Shown: positions 26,123 through 36,319 of the stretch, one piece after another
Layout: the number at the start of each line of letters is the position of its first letter
Position numbering within the stretch: the first letter of the stretch is position 1
From: Candidatus Woesebacteria bacterium
GTDB taxonomy: Bacteria; Patescibacteriota; Microgenomatia; UBA8517
DNA: 64,000 bases
Assembly (NCBI GenBank): GCA_013374855.1
Contig: CP055308.1
Coordinates: 272,715 to 336,714 of the forward strand
Direction: 5' to 3'
Notes under the pieces: model-generated
Told to the model about the DNA's origin: nothing
The model's database searches: none
The model's input: the letters and a program-made list of their open reading frames with translations, nothing else
Translations under genes and position numbers: made by a program

Positions 26123-27740
26123 TATGGCAAAACAACTTAAATTTTCAGACGAAGCTCGTGTTGCCCTGATGAGGGGAATTGATACTGTTGCAAAAGCAGT
26201 TGTTACTACACTTGGCCCCAAAGGTAGGAATGTCGCTTTGGATAAAAAGTGGGGTGCGCCCAATGTTGTTCACGATGGGGTAACTGTTGCTAAAGAAATA
26301 GAATTAAAAGATCCTTTTGAAAATATGGGAGCTCAGCTTGTAAAGGAAGCTGCAGACAAAACAAATGATATTGCTGGTGATGGTACGACAACAGCAACTC
26401 TTCTTACTCGTGAAATTGCAGCTCTTGGTATGAAGCATATTACTGCAGGAGCAAATCCTATGATAGTTAAGAAGGGTATAGAAAAGGCAGTTTCTGCAGT
26501 GGTTGAGGAATTAAAGAGAATTGCAAAACCAATAAAGAACAAAGAAGAAATAACACAAGTTGCAACAATCTCTGCAGGAGATGAGACAATTGGTGCCAAA
26601 ATAGCCGAAGCTTTAGATGGTAAGGATAGGGTTGTTACCGTTGAAGAGGGTAAGAGCCTTGAACTTGAAATAGAGTATAAAGAAGGAATGGAGTTTGACC
26701 ATGGTTATGTTTCCCCATACTTTGTTACAAACCCTGAAAAAATGGAAGCGGAGGTTACGGATGCTTACATTCTTTTGACTGACAGAAAAATTTCTGCAAT
26801 TTCTGATTTATTACCCTTCCTTGAAAAGTTTATTAAAGTAAGCAAAAATCTGGTTATTATTGCAGATGATATAGAGGGAGAGGCTTTAGCTACCTTGGTT
26901 GTTAATAAGCTTAAAGGTACTTTCAATGTTTTGGCTGTTAAAGCTCCAGGCTTTGGTGATAGAAGGAAGGAAATGCTTGAAGATATAGCAGTTCTTACTG
27001 GAGGAGTAGTAATTTCAGAAGACACTGGAAGAAAACTTGAGTCGGTAGAGATTGAGGATTTGGGGAGAGCTGACAAAGTATGGGCTGATAAAGACAGTAC
27101 CAGAATAATTGGTGGCAAAGGAGAAAAGGAAGCAATAGAGAAAAGAATAAGTCTTATTAAGCGACAAATTGAGGAAGCAGATTCTGATTTTGATAAAGAA
27201 AAACTTCAAGAAAGGTTAGCAAAACTTTCAGGTGGTGTTGCTCAAATTAATGTTGGGGCAGCTACAGAAGTTGAGCTTAATGAGAAAAAAGAGAGAGTGA
27301 AAGATGCTGTTGAGGCAACTAAAGCTGCAATTGAAGAAGGCATTGTCCCGGGTGGTGGAATAGCTCTTTTGAGAGCAAGAAATGTTCTTAAAGATTTGAT
27401 TGAGAAGGAAAACGTGGAGGACGAAAAGATAGGTATAAAAATTGTTTATGATGCACTTGAGCAACCTGTTCGTTACCTAGCAAGAAACTCAGGAGAAGAC
27501 GATGGTTATGTGGTGAGAAGAATTGAAGAATCAAAAGAGCCAGATTTTGGTTATAATTCTCTAACTGGCGAGTTTGGTTCTATGCTTAAGTTTGGAATAT
27601 TAGATCCTTTGAAGGTTACTCGTTCAGCGTTACAAAATGCAGCATCTGTGGCGATGATGGTCTTGACGACTGAGGCTTTGGTAACAGATATTCCAGAAGA
27701 GAAGAAAGAAACCCCAGGTAACCCCGGAATGGATTATTAG
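26115..27740 (+). CDS. groEL: Chaperonin GroEL
   Basis: [25 protein letters not shown] ... DGTTTATLL ... GGGIALL. It ends with the GNPGMDY tail and overlaps groES by 8 nt. Confidence 0.97.
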   Translation: MANMAKQLKFSDEARVALMRGIDTVAKAVVTTLGPKGRNVALDKKWGAPNVVHDGVTVAKEIELKDPFENMGAQLVKEAADKTNDIAGDGTTTATLLTREIAALGMKHITAGANPMIVKKGIEKAVSAVVEELKRIAKPIKNKEEITQVATISAGDETIGAKIAEALDGKDRVVTVEEGKSLELEIEYKEGMEFDHGYVSPYFVTNPEKMEAEVTDAYILLTDRKISAISDLLPFLEKFIKVSKNLVIIADDIEGEALATLVVNKLKGTFNVLAVKAPGFGDRRKEMLEDIAVLTGGVVISEDTGRKLESVEIEDLGRADKVWADKDSTRIIGGKGEKEAIEKRISLIKRQIEEADSDFDKEKLQERLAKLSGGVAQINVGAATEVELNEKKERVKDAVEATKAAIEEGIVPGGGIALLRARNVLKDLIEKENVEDEKIGIKIVYDALEQPVRYLARNSGEDDGYVVRRIEESKEPDFGYNSLTGEFGSMLKFGILDPLKVTRSALQNAASVAMMVLTTEALVTDIPEEKKETPGNPGMDY

Positions 27741-28414
27741 TCTGAACGAAGTAGGGTCATAGGATCAAAGGGTATTCCATCTTTTCTTACCTCGAAGTGA
27801 AGATGATCTCCAGTTGCTCGACCAGTTGAACCCATGTTGGCTATTTTTTGACTAGTTGTTACTTCGTCTCCCACTTTAACAAATATTTTTGAAAGATGTG
27901 CATAAAGAGAGGTTATTCCGTTTCCATGATCAATAAGAATTGCATTTCCGTATCCTGTTTTTGAAAATTGGACTCCTTTTACTTTACCTTTGGCAAATGG
28001 GTAAATTGGATCTCCTGTAATACCGTCAAAATCAATTCCCGGATGGAAGAATTTGTACCCTTGAGTTATTTTTATCTGATCAACTGGATACCGAATTGAT
28101 TTTTGGGTAGTTGTTGAAGAATCGTGTGTTGTTACCACCACTGTTTGAGGATCAATTAAGTTTGGATTCTTGATGTCGGTTTGAGGTAAAACAGAGCTTG
28201 CAACAAGAATTAGTGGTAAGTTTGTGCCAAGAATTTTTTTTATTCTTTGGTTTTCAAAGATAAGCCTAAAATACCTTGAAATTTTAGAACCCTTTTTAAT
28301 ATTTTTAATAACATCTGTGTTTGGAATAAGCGGCTCAATAGATTCTCCCCGCCTTTTAACAAGTGTTATATCAAGGCGTTTCTTGAGGGGCAGATTTATT
28401 GAAAGTTTTATCAT
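27737..28414 (-). CDS. M23-family peptidase (LytM-like), membrane-anchored
   Basis: HPGIDFDG (HxGxD), then LYAHLS, then [12 protein letters not shown] (HxH) are intact M23 motifs. The N-terminus has a single TM helix. Confidence 0.8.
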   Translation of the reverse strand: MIKLSINLPLKKRLDITLVKRRGESIEPLIPNTDVIKNIKKGSKISRYFRLIFENQRIKKILGTNLPLILVASSVLPQTDIKNPNLIDPQTVVVTTHDSSTTTQKSIRYPVDQIKITQGYKFFHPGIDFDGITGDPIYPFAKGKVKGVQFSKTGYGNAILIDHGNGITSLYAHLSKIFVKVGDEVTTSQKIANMGSTGRATGDHLHFEVRKDGIPFDPMTLLRSD

Positions 28415-28449
28415 AAGGCTCCTTATTTTTTTAAGGAGTTTTGGGGCAG

Positions 28450-28477
28450 TAAAAAAGCTCGCATATTTTTGCGAGCT
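28450..28477 (-). terminator. Intrinsic-terminator-like hairpin read on the minus strand, just upstream of the M23 gene start
   Basis: AGCTCGCA-tatttt-TGCGAGCT is an 8-bp stem. On the minus strand it is followed by TTTTTT, which is AAAAAA at 28450-28455 on plus. Confidence 0.35.
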
Positions 28478-28820
28478 AGGAAGTATTATAGCAAAAATTA
28501 GGCCAAAAAGTCAAGTTTTAGATCTTTGCTTTATTTTTTAGTTTCCTTTTGTAAACACTTTTTTGTTAACTAAGTCATGAGTGAAGGGGATTCCAAGTGT
28601 ATAAAGTGCAACACTTTTTGCTTCAGCACAAACAGGATGATTAAAAAATAATTTTGTATTACAATTGCAGGTGAGGGTGTTCTGTATTAATAGTCTGCTA
28701 TTTTAACACCCTAATGTCTAAAAATATTTCACCAATAGACAAAAATATAAACAAATCATTTACTATACGCGATTTGCCAAAAGAAGAAAGACCACGCGGA
28801 AGGTTGATTAAATTTGATGG

Positions 28821-29360
28821 TCAATCTCTCTTTCTCCAGAGATCTCTTGCATCCTTAAACATTACTTCGCCTACCTCTCCCCATTTTATGTACTCCGTAA
28901 TTTTATCAGCAGGTACAAATTTCCTTTCCCATGTTTTACCACTTGCAGGATCTGGTGATTGGGGCAAAATTTCCTCAACTTCACAAATACACCTGACTTG
29001 GTAAAAGACACTCCCCTCTTGTTTGTTTGGGTTGTCTGGAAACTCAACCCTTTGTACGCCTAGGACTTTTATATTTCTAACTTTGATGTCTACCTCTTCT
29101 AATAGTTCTCTTGAGAGGGTATTTTCCACGCTTTCTCCAATTTCTGGTTTCCCACCAGGAAGTTGCCATTTATTGTCTGTTTCTTCTCTACAGATAAGAA
29201 TCTCGCCCTTTTTATTAAAACAAATACCGTAGACTTGAGTTATTGGCTTAAACCTTTCTACAGAATCTGTTTCTATCCAACTCATAGTTACTTTTTGCCC
29301 GTTAGAAACATATGATGACTTGGGGTATTTTTTCATTCTAGTTGATATTATATGGAACAC
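28821..29360 (-). CDS. NUDIX hydrolase
   Basis: Nudix box GGKPEIGESVENTLSRELLEEVDI (Gx5Ex7REUxEExGU). Confidence 0.8.
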   Translation of the reverse strand: MFHIISTRMKKYPKSSYVSNGQKVTMSWIETDSVERFKPITQVYGICFNKKGEILICREETDNKWQLPGGKPEIGESVENTLSRELLEEVDIKVRNIKVLGVQRVEFPDNPNKQEGSVFYQVRCICEVEEILPQSPDPASGKTWERKFVPADKITEYIKWGEVGEVMFKDARDLWRKRD

Positions 29361-29677
29361 AAACTAGGGTCAACTAGGGGTTTAATGATAGAATAAGTTT
29401 ACGAAATTAAAGCTCACAGTTTTTGATTTTTAAGCCTTCTTGTCAAGCTAGACACAATATAAATTTTTTGTTAAATTAGTTAAACCTAGAAAAGATTTTT
29501 TAGTTTTTTTAAACTACACTTTTTGGTTGCTTCTGAATTTTTTACTCAACGAAAGCGAGAAATAGTTTCAAAGATGCGATATAATATCGGCAGAGATTGA
29601 TGATGGGCAAAAGTGGATACAATTTGAAACATTAGAATAATGGATGTTTTAGCTATCAATTTATTTAGGTAATAACT

Positions 29678-32600
29678 ATGTTAAATAATTCTGATTTAAC
29701 ATTTATCACAAATGAAAAAGGCCAAAATCTTCTTGAGAGATTTAAGGTGTTGATTAAAGATACCGAATTTTTTGATGTTTTGGTTGGTTATTTCTACACA
29801 AGTGGTTTTTACGCGTTGTATAAATCTTTAGAAAAGGCAAAAAGGATTAGGATCCTAATTGGTATTGGTACTGGCAAAAGAACTGTAGAATTGATAGATA
29901 AGGCTAAACAATCAGAATTGCAATTTTCTCACGCGGAGACAAAAGAACATTTTTCAAATTTGCTTGTTAATGAGATGGAGAATTCACAGGATAGCAAGTC
30001 GGTGGAGGAAGGAGTAATGAAATTTTTGGAATGGTTGCAAAACGGGAAATTAGAAATAAAAGCTTACCCAACAGAAAATATCCATGCTAAGTTATACATT
30101 ATGTCCTTTGCTGAAGGGGACCGCGATGTAGGGCGAATTATTACTGGTTCAAGCAATTTTACGCAAGCTGGTTTGGTGGATAATTTTGAATTTAATGTAG
30201 AATTAAAAAATCGTGCTGATTATGAATTTGCCAAAGCTAAATTTGAGGAACTCTGGAAACATGCTGTAGATGTAAAGGATAAATATATACAAACGATCAA
30301 AGAAAGAACTTGGTTAAATAATACTATTACTCCTTATGAACTTTATCTTAAATTTCTATATGAGTATTTTAAAGATGAACTTCTTCAAACAGATGAAGTC
30401 ATCTTCAAATACGTTCCGTCAGAATTTAAACGATTAGAATATCAAGAGCAAGCAGTATTAAACGCAAAAAAAATTCTTGAAGAATACGGTGGTGTTTTTA
30501 TTTCTGATGTTGTTGGGCTTGGTAAAACTTATATTTCTGCCATGCTTGCTAATCAACTTGATGGCAGAAGTTTAGTCATAGCGCCACCAGTGCTTTTAGA
30601 AAAAGATAATCCTGGTTCCTGGCCAAATGTATTTTCTGATTTTAGAGTACCGGCAGATTTTGAATCTCTTGGCAAATTGGATTATCTCATTCGGCGCGGC
30701 ACCGAAAAATATAGGAACATTTTCATTGACGAGGCACATCGTTTCAGAACGGAGTCAAACATAACTTTCGAAAAACTAGCTCAAATTTGTCGAGGTAAAA
30801 GAATCATTCTTGTCACAGCTACCCCTTATAACAATTCTCCAAAAGATATTCTAAGTCAAATCAAACTTTTTCAAAAAACTAAGAAAAGTACAATTCCTAA
30901 TTTACCAAATTTGGAGATCTTTTTTTCCAAACTTGAAAAACGCCTCAAAAATTTGGATAGATATAAAAACAGTGCTAAATACATTGAAATCTCTAAAGAA
31001 AATGCAAAAGAAATTAGGGAGAAGGTTCTTAAATATATTATGGTAAGAAGAACTAGGACAGAGATTGAAAAATACTTCAGTGATGATTTGAAAAAACAAA
31101 ACCTAAAGTTTCCTAGAGTAGAAGACCCGGAGCCGGTTTTTTATGAGTTAGATGACGAAGAAGATAAAATATTTAATCAAACGATTGAGCTCATTACCAA
31201 AAAATTTAAGTACGCTCGCTATATGCCTTTACTTTACTATAAGGGAAAACTTACTCAACCAGAAGAACTATCTCAAAGGAATATGGGAAGATTTATGAAA
31301 ATTCTTCTGGTTAAGCGGCTGGAGAGCAGTTTTTATGCCTTTAGAAAGAGCATTGAGCGATTTATTATTTATTACGAGAAGTTTTTTAAAGAATTTGAAG
31401 AAGGTAATGTCTATGTGAGTAAAAAATATACCTACAAAATCTTTGAACTACTTGAAAATGACGATGAAGAAAAGATTCAACGCTTAATAGAAGAAGATAA
31501 AGCTAGGAAATACTCGGCTAAAGATTTTAGAAAAGAACTTAAGTTAGATTTAAAACAGGATCTGGAAACTTTAAAAGATATCCAAAAACTTTGGCAAAAT
31601 ATTAAACGTGATCCAAAACTGCTCAAATTTATTGAAATGCTTTCTTCTCATCCAATTTTAAAGAAACAGAAATTAATTATTTTTACTGAATCGAAAGAAA
31701 CTTGCGATTATCTTTATAAAAATTTAGAGAAAAAACTTCCTGATCAAGTTTTATCCTATTCAGGTACTTCAAGCACTGTTATTAGAGAGAAAGTTATTGA
31801 AAATTTTGATGCTCGAGCTCACTTTCCTAAAGATGATTACCGGATATTGATAAGTACAGAGGTTCTATCGGAAGGTGTTAACCTTCATCGTTCCAATGTG
31901 GTGATTAACTATGATATTCCATGGAACCCAACTCGATTAATGCAAAGAGTAGGTCGCATTAACCGAGTTGATACTTCTTTTGATAAAATTTATGCTTTTA
32001 ATTTTTTTCCCACCAAACAATCTAACAGTTTAATAAAACTAAAAGAAGCCGCTGAGGCAAAAATTCATACCTTTATGACTTTACTTGGCGATGATGCTAG
32101 AATTCTTACTGAAGGGGAGCCTATTGGTTCACATGAATTATTTAATCGTTTGGTTTCCAAAAAAACGATCACAGGCGAAGATGAAAAAGAGGAAAGTGAA
32201 CTTAAATATTTACGAATTATTAAAAATATCCGTGACAATAATCCTGATCTATTTTCCAAAGTTAAGCAATTACCTAAGAAAGCAAGAACTGCTAGAAAAA
32301 ATAATCAGAAATCTAATTCACTTATCACCTATTTTCGAAAAGGCAAGCTTCAAAAATTCTTTATTGTCAGTAAAAGAGAACCTCAGGAAATAGATTTTAT
32401 TTCAACAGCCAAGTTACTAGAAGCACATTCAGATACGAAGCGCGAAAAACTTGGTCAAGATTTTTATGAATTGCTTGAAAAAAACAAAAAAGCATTTGAA
32501 TTGGTGACTATTGAAGACATCCCGGAATTAAAAATGAGAGGTGGTAGAGATGCGGCAACTCAGATGTTAAAAATATTAAAAGCGTTAAAAGATTTGCGAA

Positions 32601-32860
32601 AGTTTACTGAAGATCAAGAAATTTATTTAAGAAAAGTAATAAGAGAAGTTGAAGAAGGTGGTTTGCCTAAACAAACAACTAAAAATACTCTCAAAGAATT
32701 ACAAAAAGAATTAAAGAATGGTTTAAATCCTCTAAAAATTTTAGGAGTGCTTCAAAAAAATATCCCAAGCGATTTATTAAAAGAACATATTGTTGAAAGT
32801 GCCGCTCAAACTTCCGGACCAAGAGAGGTGATTTTATCAGAATATCTAGTTAGCGCATAG
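29678..32860 (+). CDS. PLD-family (HKD) nuclease domain fused to an SNF2/SWI2-family DEAH helicase
   Basis: N-terminal HKD motif NIHAKLYIM...GSSNFTQAGL. Helicase motif I is DVVGLGKTYISA, motif II is DEAHRFR, motif III is VTATPYNN, and C-terminal motifs IV-VI include NPTRLMQRVGRINR. Confidence 0.8.
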   Translation: MLNNSDLTFITNEKGQNLLERFKVLIKDTEFFDVLVGYFYTSGFYALYKSLEKAKRIRILIGIGTGKRTVELIDKAKQSELQFSHAETKEHFSNLLVNEMENSQDSKSVEEGVMKFLEWLQNGKLEIKAYPTENIHAKLYIMSFAEGDRDVGRIITGSSNFTQAGLVDNFEFNVELKNRADYEFAKAKFEELWKHAVDVKDKYIQTIKERTWLNNTITPYELYLKFLYEYFKDELLQTDEVIFKYVPSEFKRLEYQEQAVLNAKKILEEYGGVFISDVVGLGKTYISAMLANQLDGRSLVIAPPVLLEKDNPGSWPNVFSDFRVPADFESLGKLDYLIRRGTEKYRNIFIDEAHRFRTESNITFEKLAQICRGKRIILVTATPYNNSPKDILSQIKLFQKTKKSTIPNLPNLEIFFSKLEKRLKNLDRYKNSAKYIEISKENAKEIREKVLKYIMVRRTRTEIEKYFSDDLKKQNLKFPRVEDPEPVFYELDDEEDKIFNQTIELITKKFKYARYMPLLYYKGKLTQPEELSQRNMGRFMKILLVKRLESSFYAFRKSIERFIIYYEKFFKEFEEGNVYVSKKYTYKIFELLENDDEEKIQRLIEEDKARKYSAKDFRKELKLDLKQDLETLKDIQKLWQNIKRDPKLLKFIEMLSSHPILKKQKLIIFTESKETCDYLYKNLEKKLPDQVLSYSGTSSTVIREKVIENFDARAHFPKDDYRILISTEVLSEGVNLHRSNVVINYDIPWNPTRLMQRVGRINRVDTSFDKIYAFNFFPTKQSNSLIKLKEAAEAKIHTFMTLLGDDARILTEGEPIGSHELFNRLVSKKTITGEDEKEESELKYLRIIKNIRDNNPDLFSKVKQLPKKARTARKNNQKSNSLITYFRKGKLQKFFIVSKREPQEIDFISTAKLLEAHSDTKREKLGQDFYELLEKNKKAFELVTIEDIPELKMRGGRDAATQMLKILKALKDLRKFTEDQEIYLRKVIREVEEGGLPKQTTKNTLKELQKELKNGLNPLKILGVLQKNIPSDLLKEHIVESAAQTSGPREVILSEYLVSA

Positions 32861-32863
32861 ATT

Positions 32864-35800
32864 ATGGATGAAGATGCAGCAAAAAATTTAATACGAGAAG
32901 TTTTGGAGAGTTCTTTTAATAAAGAAAAATTTATTTATTTGATAAAAAATATTTTTAACCATATTGAAAATGCCCCTTTCGTTTATAAAGGTAATCTTAT
33001 TTTTGATGACTTTGCAGATTCAATTAAGACTTTAGAACGTATAGGAAAATATAAAGACCCTGAAGATAAACTTATAGATATTCTTATTGTTCATCTTAAA
33101 AAGGAAACTACCCTTGAGCGAGCTAGAACAAAACAAAGAAATTTTATTGCTAAATATCTTAAAGGCAGCCGAGGTGATATTTTGAAAGATGCGGCGTTGG
33201 TGGCTTTTGTATCTCCAAATAATGAAGACTGGCGTTTTTCTCTTGTTAAAATGGAGTATAAGTTTAATGATAAAGGAAAGGTTAAAGAAGAATTCACACC
33301 TGCCCGCCGATATTCTTTTCTCGTTGGTAAGAATGAAAACAGCCATACAGCTCAAAGTCGCCTCTTGCCGCTCCTTTTAAATGATAAAAATAATCCCACG
33401 CTGAAAGAATTAGAGGAGTCATTCAGCGTTGAGCGCGTAACCAAGGAATTTTTTGAAAAGTATCGTGACCTATTTTTGCGAATAAAGGAATCACTTGATG
33501 CTATAGTTAAAAAAGATGCTAAAGTCCGAGCCGATTTCAAGGAAAAAAACATTAATACAGTTGATTTTACCAAAAAACTTTTAGGCCAGATTGTCTTTTT
33601 ATATTTCTTACAGAAAAAAGGTTGGTTTGGAGTTGAAAAAGACAAAGATTGGGGAACTGGCGCAAAAAACTTTTTAAGGTCACTTTTTACAAAGAAAATT
33701 GTTGATTATAAAAATTTCTTTAATGATATTTTAGAACCTCTTTTTTACGAAGCTTTAAGATACGATCGTTCTTATGATAATCATTATTTCAGCTATTTTA
33801 AATGTAAAATTCCATTCCTGAATGGCGGTTTATTTGATCCTATTAATGATTATGATTGGTCAAAAACAGAAATACTCCTGCCAAATGAGCTTTTTTCAAA
33901 CAACCAAAAAACAAAAGAGGGTGACGCCGGCGATGGTATTTTAGATGTTTTTGACCGTTACAATTTTACAGTAAAAGAAGATGAGCCGCTGGAAAAAGAA
34001 GTTGCTATAGACCCGGAAATGCTTGGGAAAGTTTTTGAAAACCTATTGGAAGTAAAAGATAGAAAATCAAAAGGTACATACTACACCCCGCGTGAAATTG
34101 TCCACTATATGTGTCAGGAAAGTTTAATAAATTATCTTTATACCTCTGTGAATGAGGAATTAATGAAAAAAGCAGTTAGACCACAGAAACAGTTAAAACT
34201 TGTTGGCAACGAAGAACCCGAACAACTCAGTCTTCGTACAAAAGAAGAATTGATAAGCAAAGAGGATTTAGAAATATTTATAAAACACGGAGAATTAATA
34301 GCAGAAAATGAAAAAGTAACGATGGTCAGGAAGGAGCATATCAAAGAAGGTAAACTTAAAAGATCGAGTTATAAATTCAAACTTTCCGGGAGTATAAGAG
34401 AAAATGCAAAACTTATAGACGATAAACTAAGAGAAATTAAAGTTTGTGATCCAACCGTCGGCTCTGGTGCCTTTCTGGTGGGAATGATGAATGAGATTGT
34501 TAAAGCAAGACAGGTATTAGAAACTTATATTCAAGCAGGCAAAACCACCTATGATTTTAAGCGTGAATGTATCGAAAAATCTCTTTATGGTGTGGACATT
34601 GATCCAGGTGCGGTAGAAATCGCCAAGCTTCGTCTCTGGCTTTCACTCATTGTGGACGAAGAGAATATTGAAAACATTAAACCCTTGCCAAATTTGGACT
34701 TTAAAATTATGCAAGGTAATAGCTTGCTATCGGAGTTTATGGGAATTGATTTTGACAAAGAATCTGATAATAAAAATGGACAACTACTTATTTCCCACAA
34801 TGACACAAATGTATTGATTGAGGAATTAAAGAGAAAAAAGAAAGAGTATCTTAATAAAGCAAGTGCAGGAGGAAAAAAGGATCTAAAACAGGAGATAGAA
34901 GATTTGATAATTAAAATCTTTGAGGGAAAACTAAAAAGACAAAAGAATGATTACTTTAGCCAAATAAAAACTATTGAAGAAAAATATAAGGTTTTGCTTA
35001 ATATAGAACAGAGAGAAAGTATTATCAAGGAAGAAAAGGAGAAATTGTATAAGGCATCAGGTTTTAATTTAGAGCAATTTGAAAAACAGCTAAGAGAATA
35101 TACTACCGGCAATAAAATCCGCCCATTTTTCCCTTGGAAACTCTATTTTGCTGAAGTCTTTCATGAAAAAGGTGGATTTGATGTGGTAATTGCCAATCCA
35201 CCGTATGTGAGCGTAAAAGAAATAATCCCCCAAGATAAAAAAACTTTTGGTCAGTTGTTTGAGACAGGCAAGGGGCGATTTAATTTATTTACTTTATTTT
35301 TAGAAAAAGGACATAAACTTCTAAGGCCTGACGGGGTGCTAACTTATATTCTCCCAGAAAGTTTATACTTCAATTTTGAATATCGCTTTATTAGAGAATA
35401 TTTGCTAAATCATTCTTCAATTTTATTCGTCAATCTTTTTTCGAGCAGGGTATTTGAAGCCGCCGTTGATACATCCGTCATCAGCTTTGCTAATAAACAA
35501 AAAAGTAACAATTCGTTTCCAGTAATTAGAGACTTAAAAAATTCTAGTTTTAAGTTATCGCAGGAAGAACTTAACCAACTTCCCTTTAAGATTTTCCCTG
35601 TAAACTTAACTCAAAAGTCCAAGCCAATTATTGATAAGTTAATCAGTAATAACTTTGACACCCTCGAAAAAATTCTAGAAATTCAGCAAGGCATTATTTA
35701 TTCCGGCCTTCCCAAAGACAAAGTCTTTTCAAATACCCAAGTCAACAAAACCTACAAGAAGATCTTGGACGGACGGGATGTCTTAAAGTGGAGAATTAAT

Positions 35801-36319
35801 TGGGAAGAAAAACAAGAAAACAGATACATACATTATTCTGATAGGTTACACCGTCCTAGGGAGGAAAGAATTTTTTTAGCGAAAGAAAAGATACTACTTC
35901 CCAGAAAGGCTACCCGAATTTTGGCTGCTTATGATAATAAGCAATATTATGCGCTTAATACAGCTTATTTATGTCTTCCTAAAAGCAAGAAGTACAACCT
36001 TAAATATGTATTGGCTTGTTTGAATTCCAAGCTAATCAATTACTTTTATTCGTCACTCTTTTTTGGGTGGCAAATAACTATTCCAGCACTCAATCTTATG
36101 CCAATCCCCGTACAAAATACCTCGGGTCAAAAACCCTTCATTGATCTCGTTGACAAAATCCTCGCTGTTACCAAAGACGACGACTATTTAGAAAACCCCG
36201 CCAAGCAAGCCAAAGTCCGCGAGTACGAAAAACAAATCGACCAACTTGTTTATAAGCTTTATGGTTTGACAGAAGAAGAGATTAAAATTATTGAAAATGA
36301 AGAAAAAAAGAAGAAATAA
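32864..36319 (+). CDS. Large gamma-class N6-adenine DNA methyltransferase (Eco57I / PglX / Type IIG-like), 1151 aa with a C-terminal TRD-like region
   Basis: Motif X is GTYYTPREIVHYM. Motif I is CDPTVGSGAFLVGM. A K/E-rich coiled-coil insertion follows, then motif IV VVIANPPYVS. Motif I before motif IV gives the gamma order. There is a 3-nt gap after the helicase gene. Confidence 0.8.
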   Translation: MDEDAAKNLIREVLESSFNKEKFIYLIKNIFNHIENAPFVYKGNLIFDDFADSIKTLERIGKYKDPEDKLIDILIVHLKKETTLERARTKQRNFIAKYLKGSRGDILKDAALVAFVSPNNEDWRFSLVKMEYKFNDKGKVKEEFTPARRYSFLVGKNENSHTAQSRLLPLLLNDKNNPTLKELEESFSVERVTKEFFEKYRDLFLRIKESLDAIVKKDAKVRADFKEKNINTVDFTKKLLGQIVFLYFLQKKGWFGVEKDKDWGTGAKNFLRSLFTKKIVDYKNFFNDILEPLFYEALRYDRSYDNHYFSYFKCKIPFLNGGLFDPINDYDWSKTEILLPNELFSNNQKTKEGDAGDGILDVFDRYNFTVKEDEPLEKEVAIDPEMLGKVFENLLEVKDRKSKGTYYTPREIVHYMCQESLINYLYTSVNEELMKKAVRPQKQLKLVGNEEPEQLSLRTKEELISKEDLEIFIKHGELIAENEKVTMVRKEHIKEGKLKRSSYKFKLSGSIRENAKLIDDKLREIKVCDPTVGSGAFLVGMMNEIVKARQVLETYIQAGKTTYDFKRECIEKSLYGVDIDPGAVEIAKLRLWLSLIVDEENIENIKPLPNLDFKIMQGNSLLSEFMGIDFDKESDNKNGQLLISHNDTNVLIEELKRKKKEYLNKASAGGKKDLKQEIEDLIIKIFEGKLKRQKNDYFSQIKTIEEKYKVLLNIEQRESIIKEEKEKLYKASGFNLEQFEKQLREYTTGNKIRPFFPWKLYFAEVFHEKGGFDVVIANPPYVSVKEIIPQDKKTFGQLFETGKGRFNLFTLFLEKGHKLLRPDGVLTYILPESLYFNFEYRFIREYLLNHSSILFVNLFSSRVFEAAVDTSVISFANKQKSNNSFPVIRDLKNSSFKLSQEELNQLPFKIFPVNLTQKSKPIIDKLISNNFDTLEKILEIQQGIIYSGLPKDKVFSNTQVNKTYKKILDGRDVLKWRINWEEKQENRYIHYSDRLHRPREERIFLAKEKILLPRKATRILAAYDNKQYYALNTAYLCLPKSKKYNLKYVLACLNSKLINYFYSSLFFGWQITIPALNLMPIPVQNTSGQKPFIDLVDKILAVTKDDDYLENPAKQAKVREYEKQIDQLVYKLYGLTEEEIKIIENEEKKKK

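Noticed and set aside
28714-29004. 96-aa plus-strand ORF
   Set aside because: It is antisense to the NUDIX gene over most of its length, with no motif. It is probably spurious.
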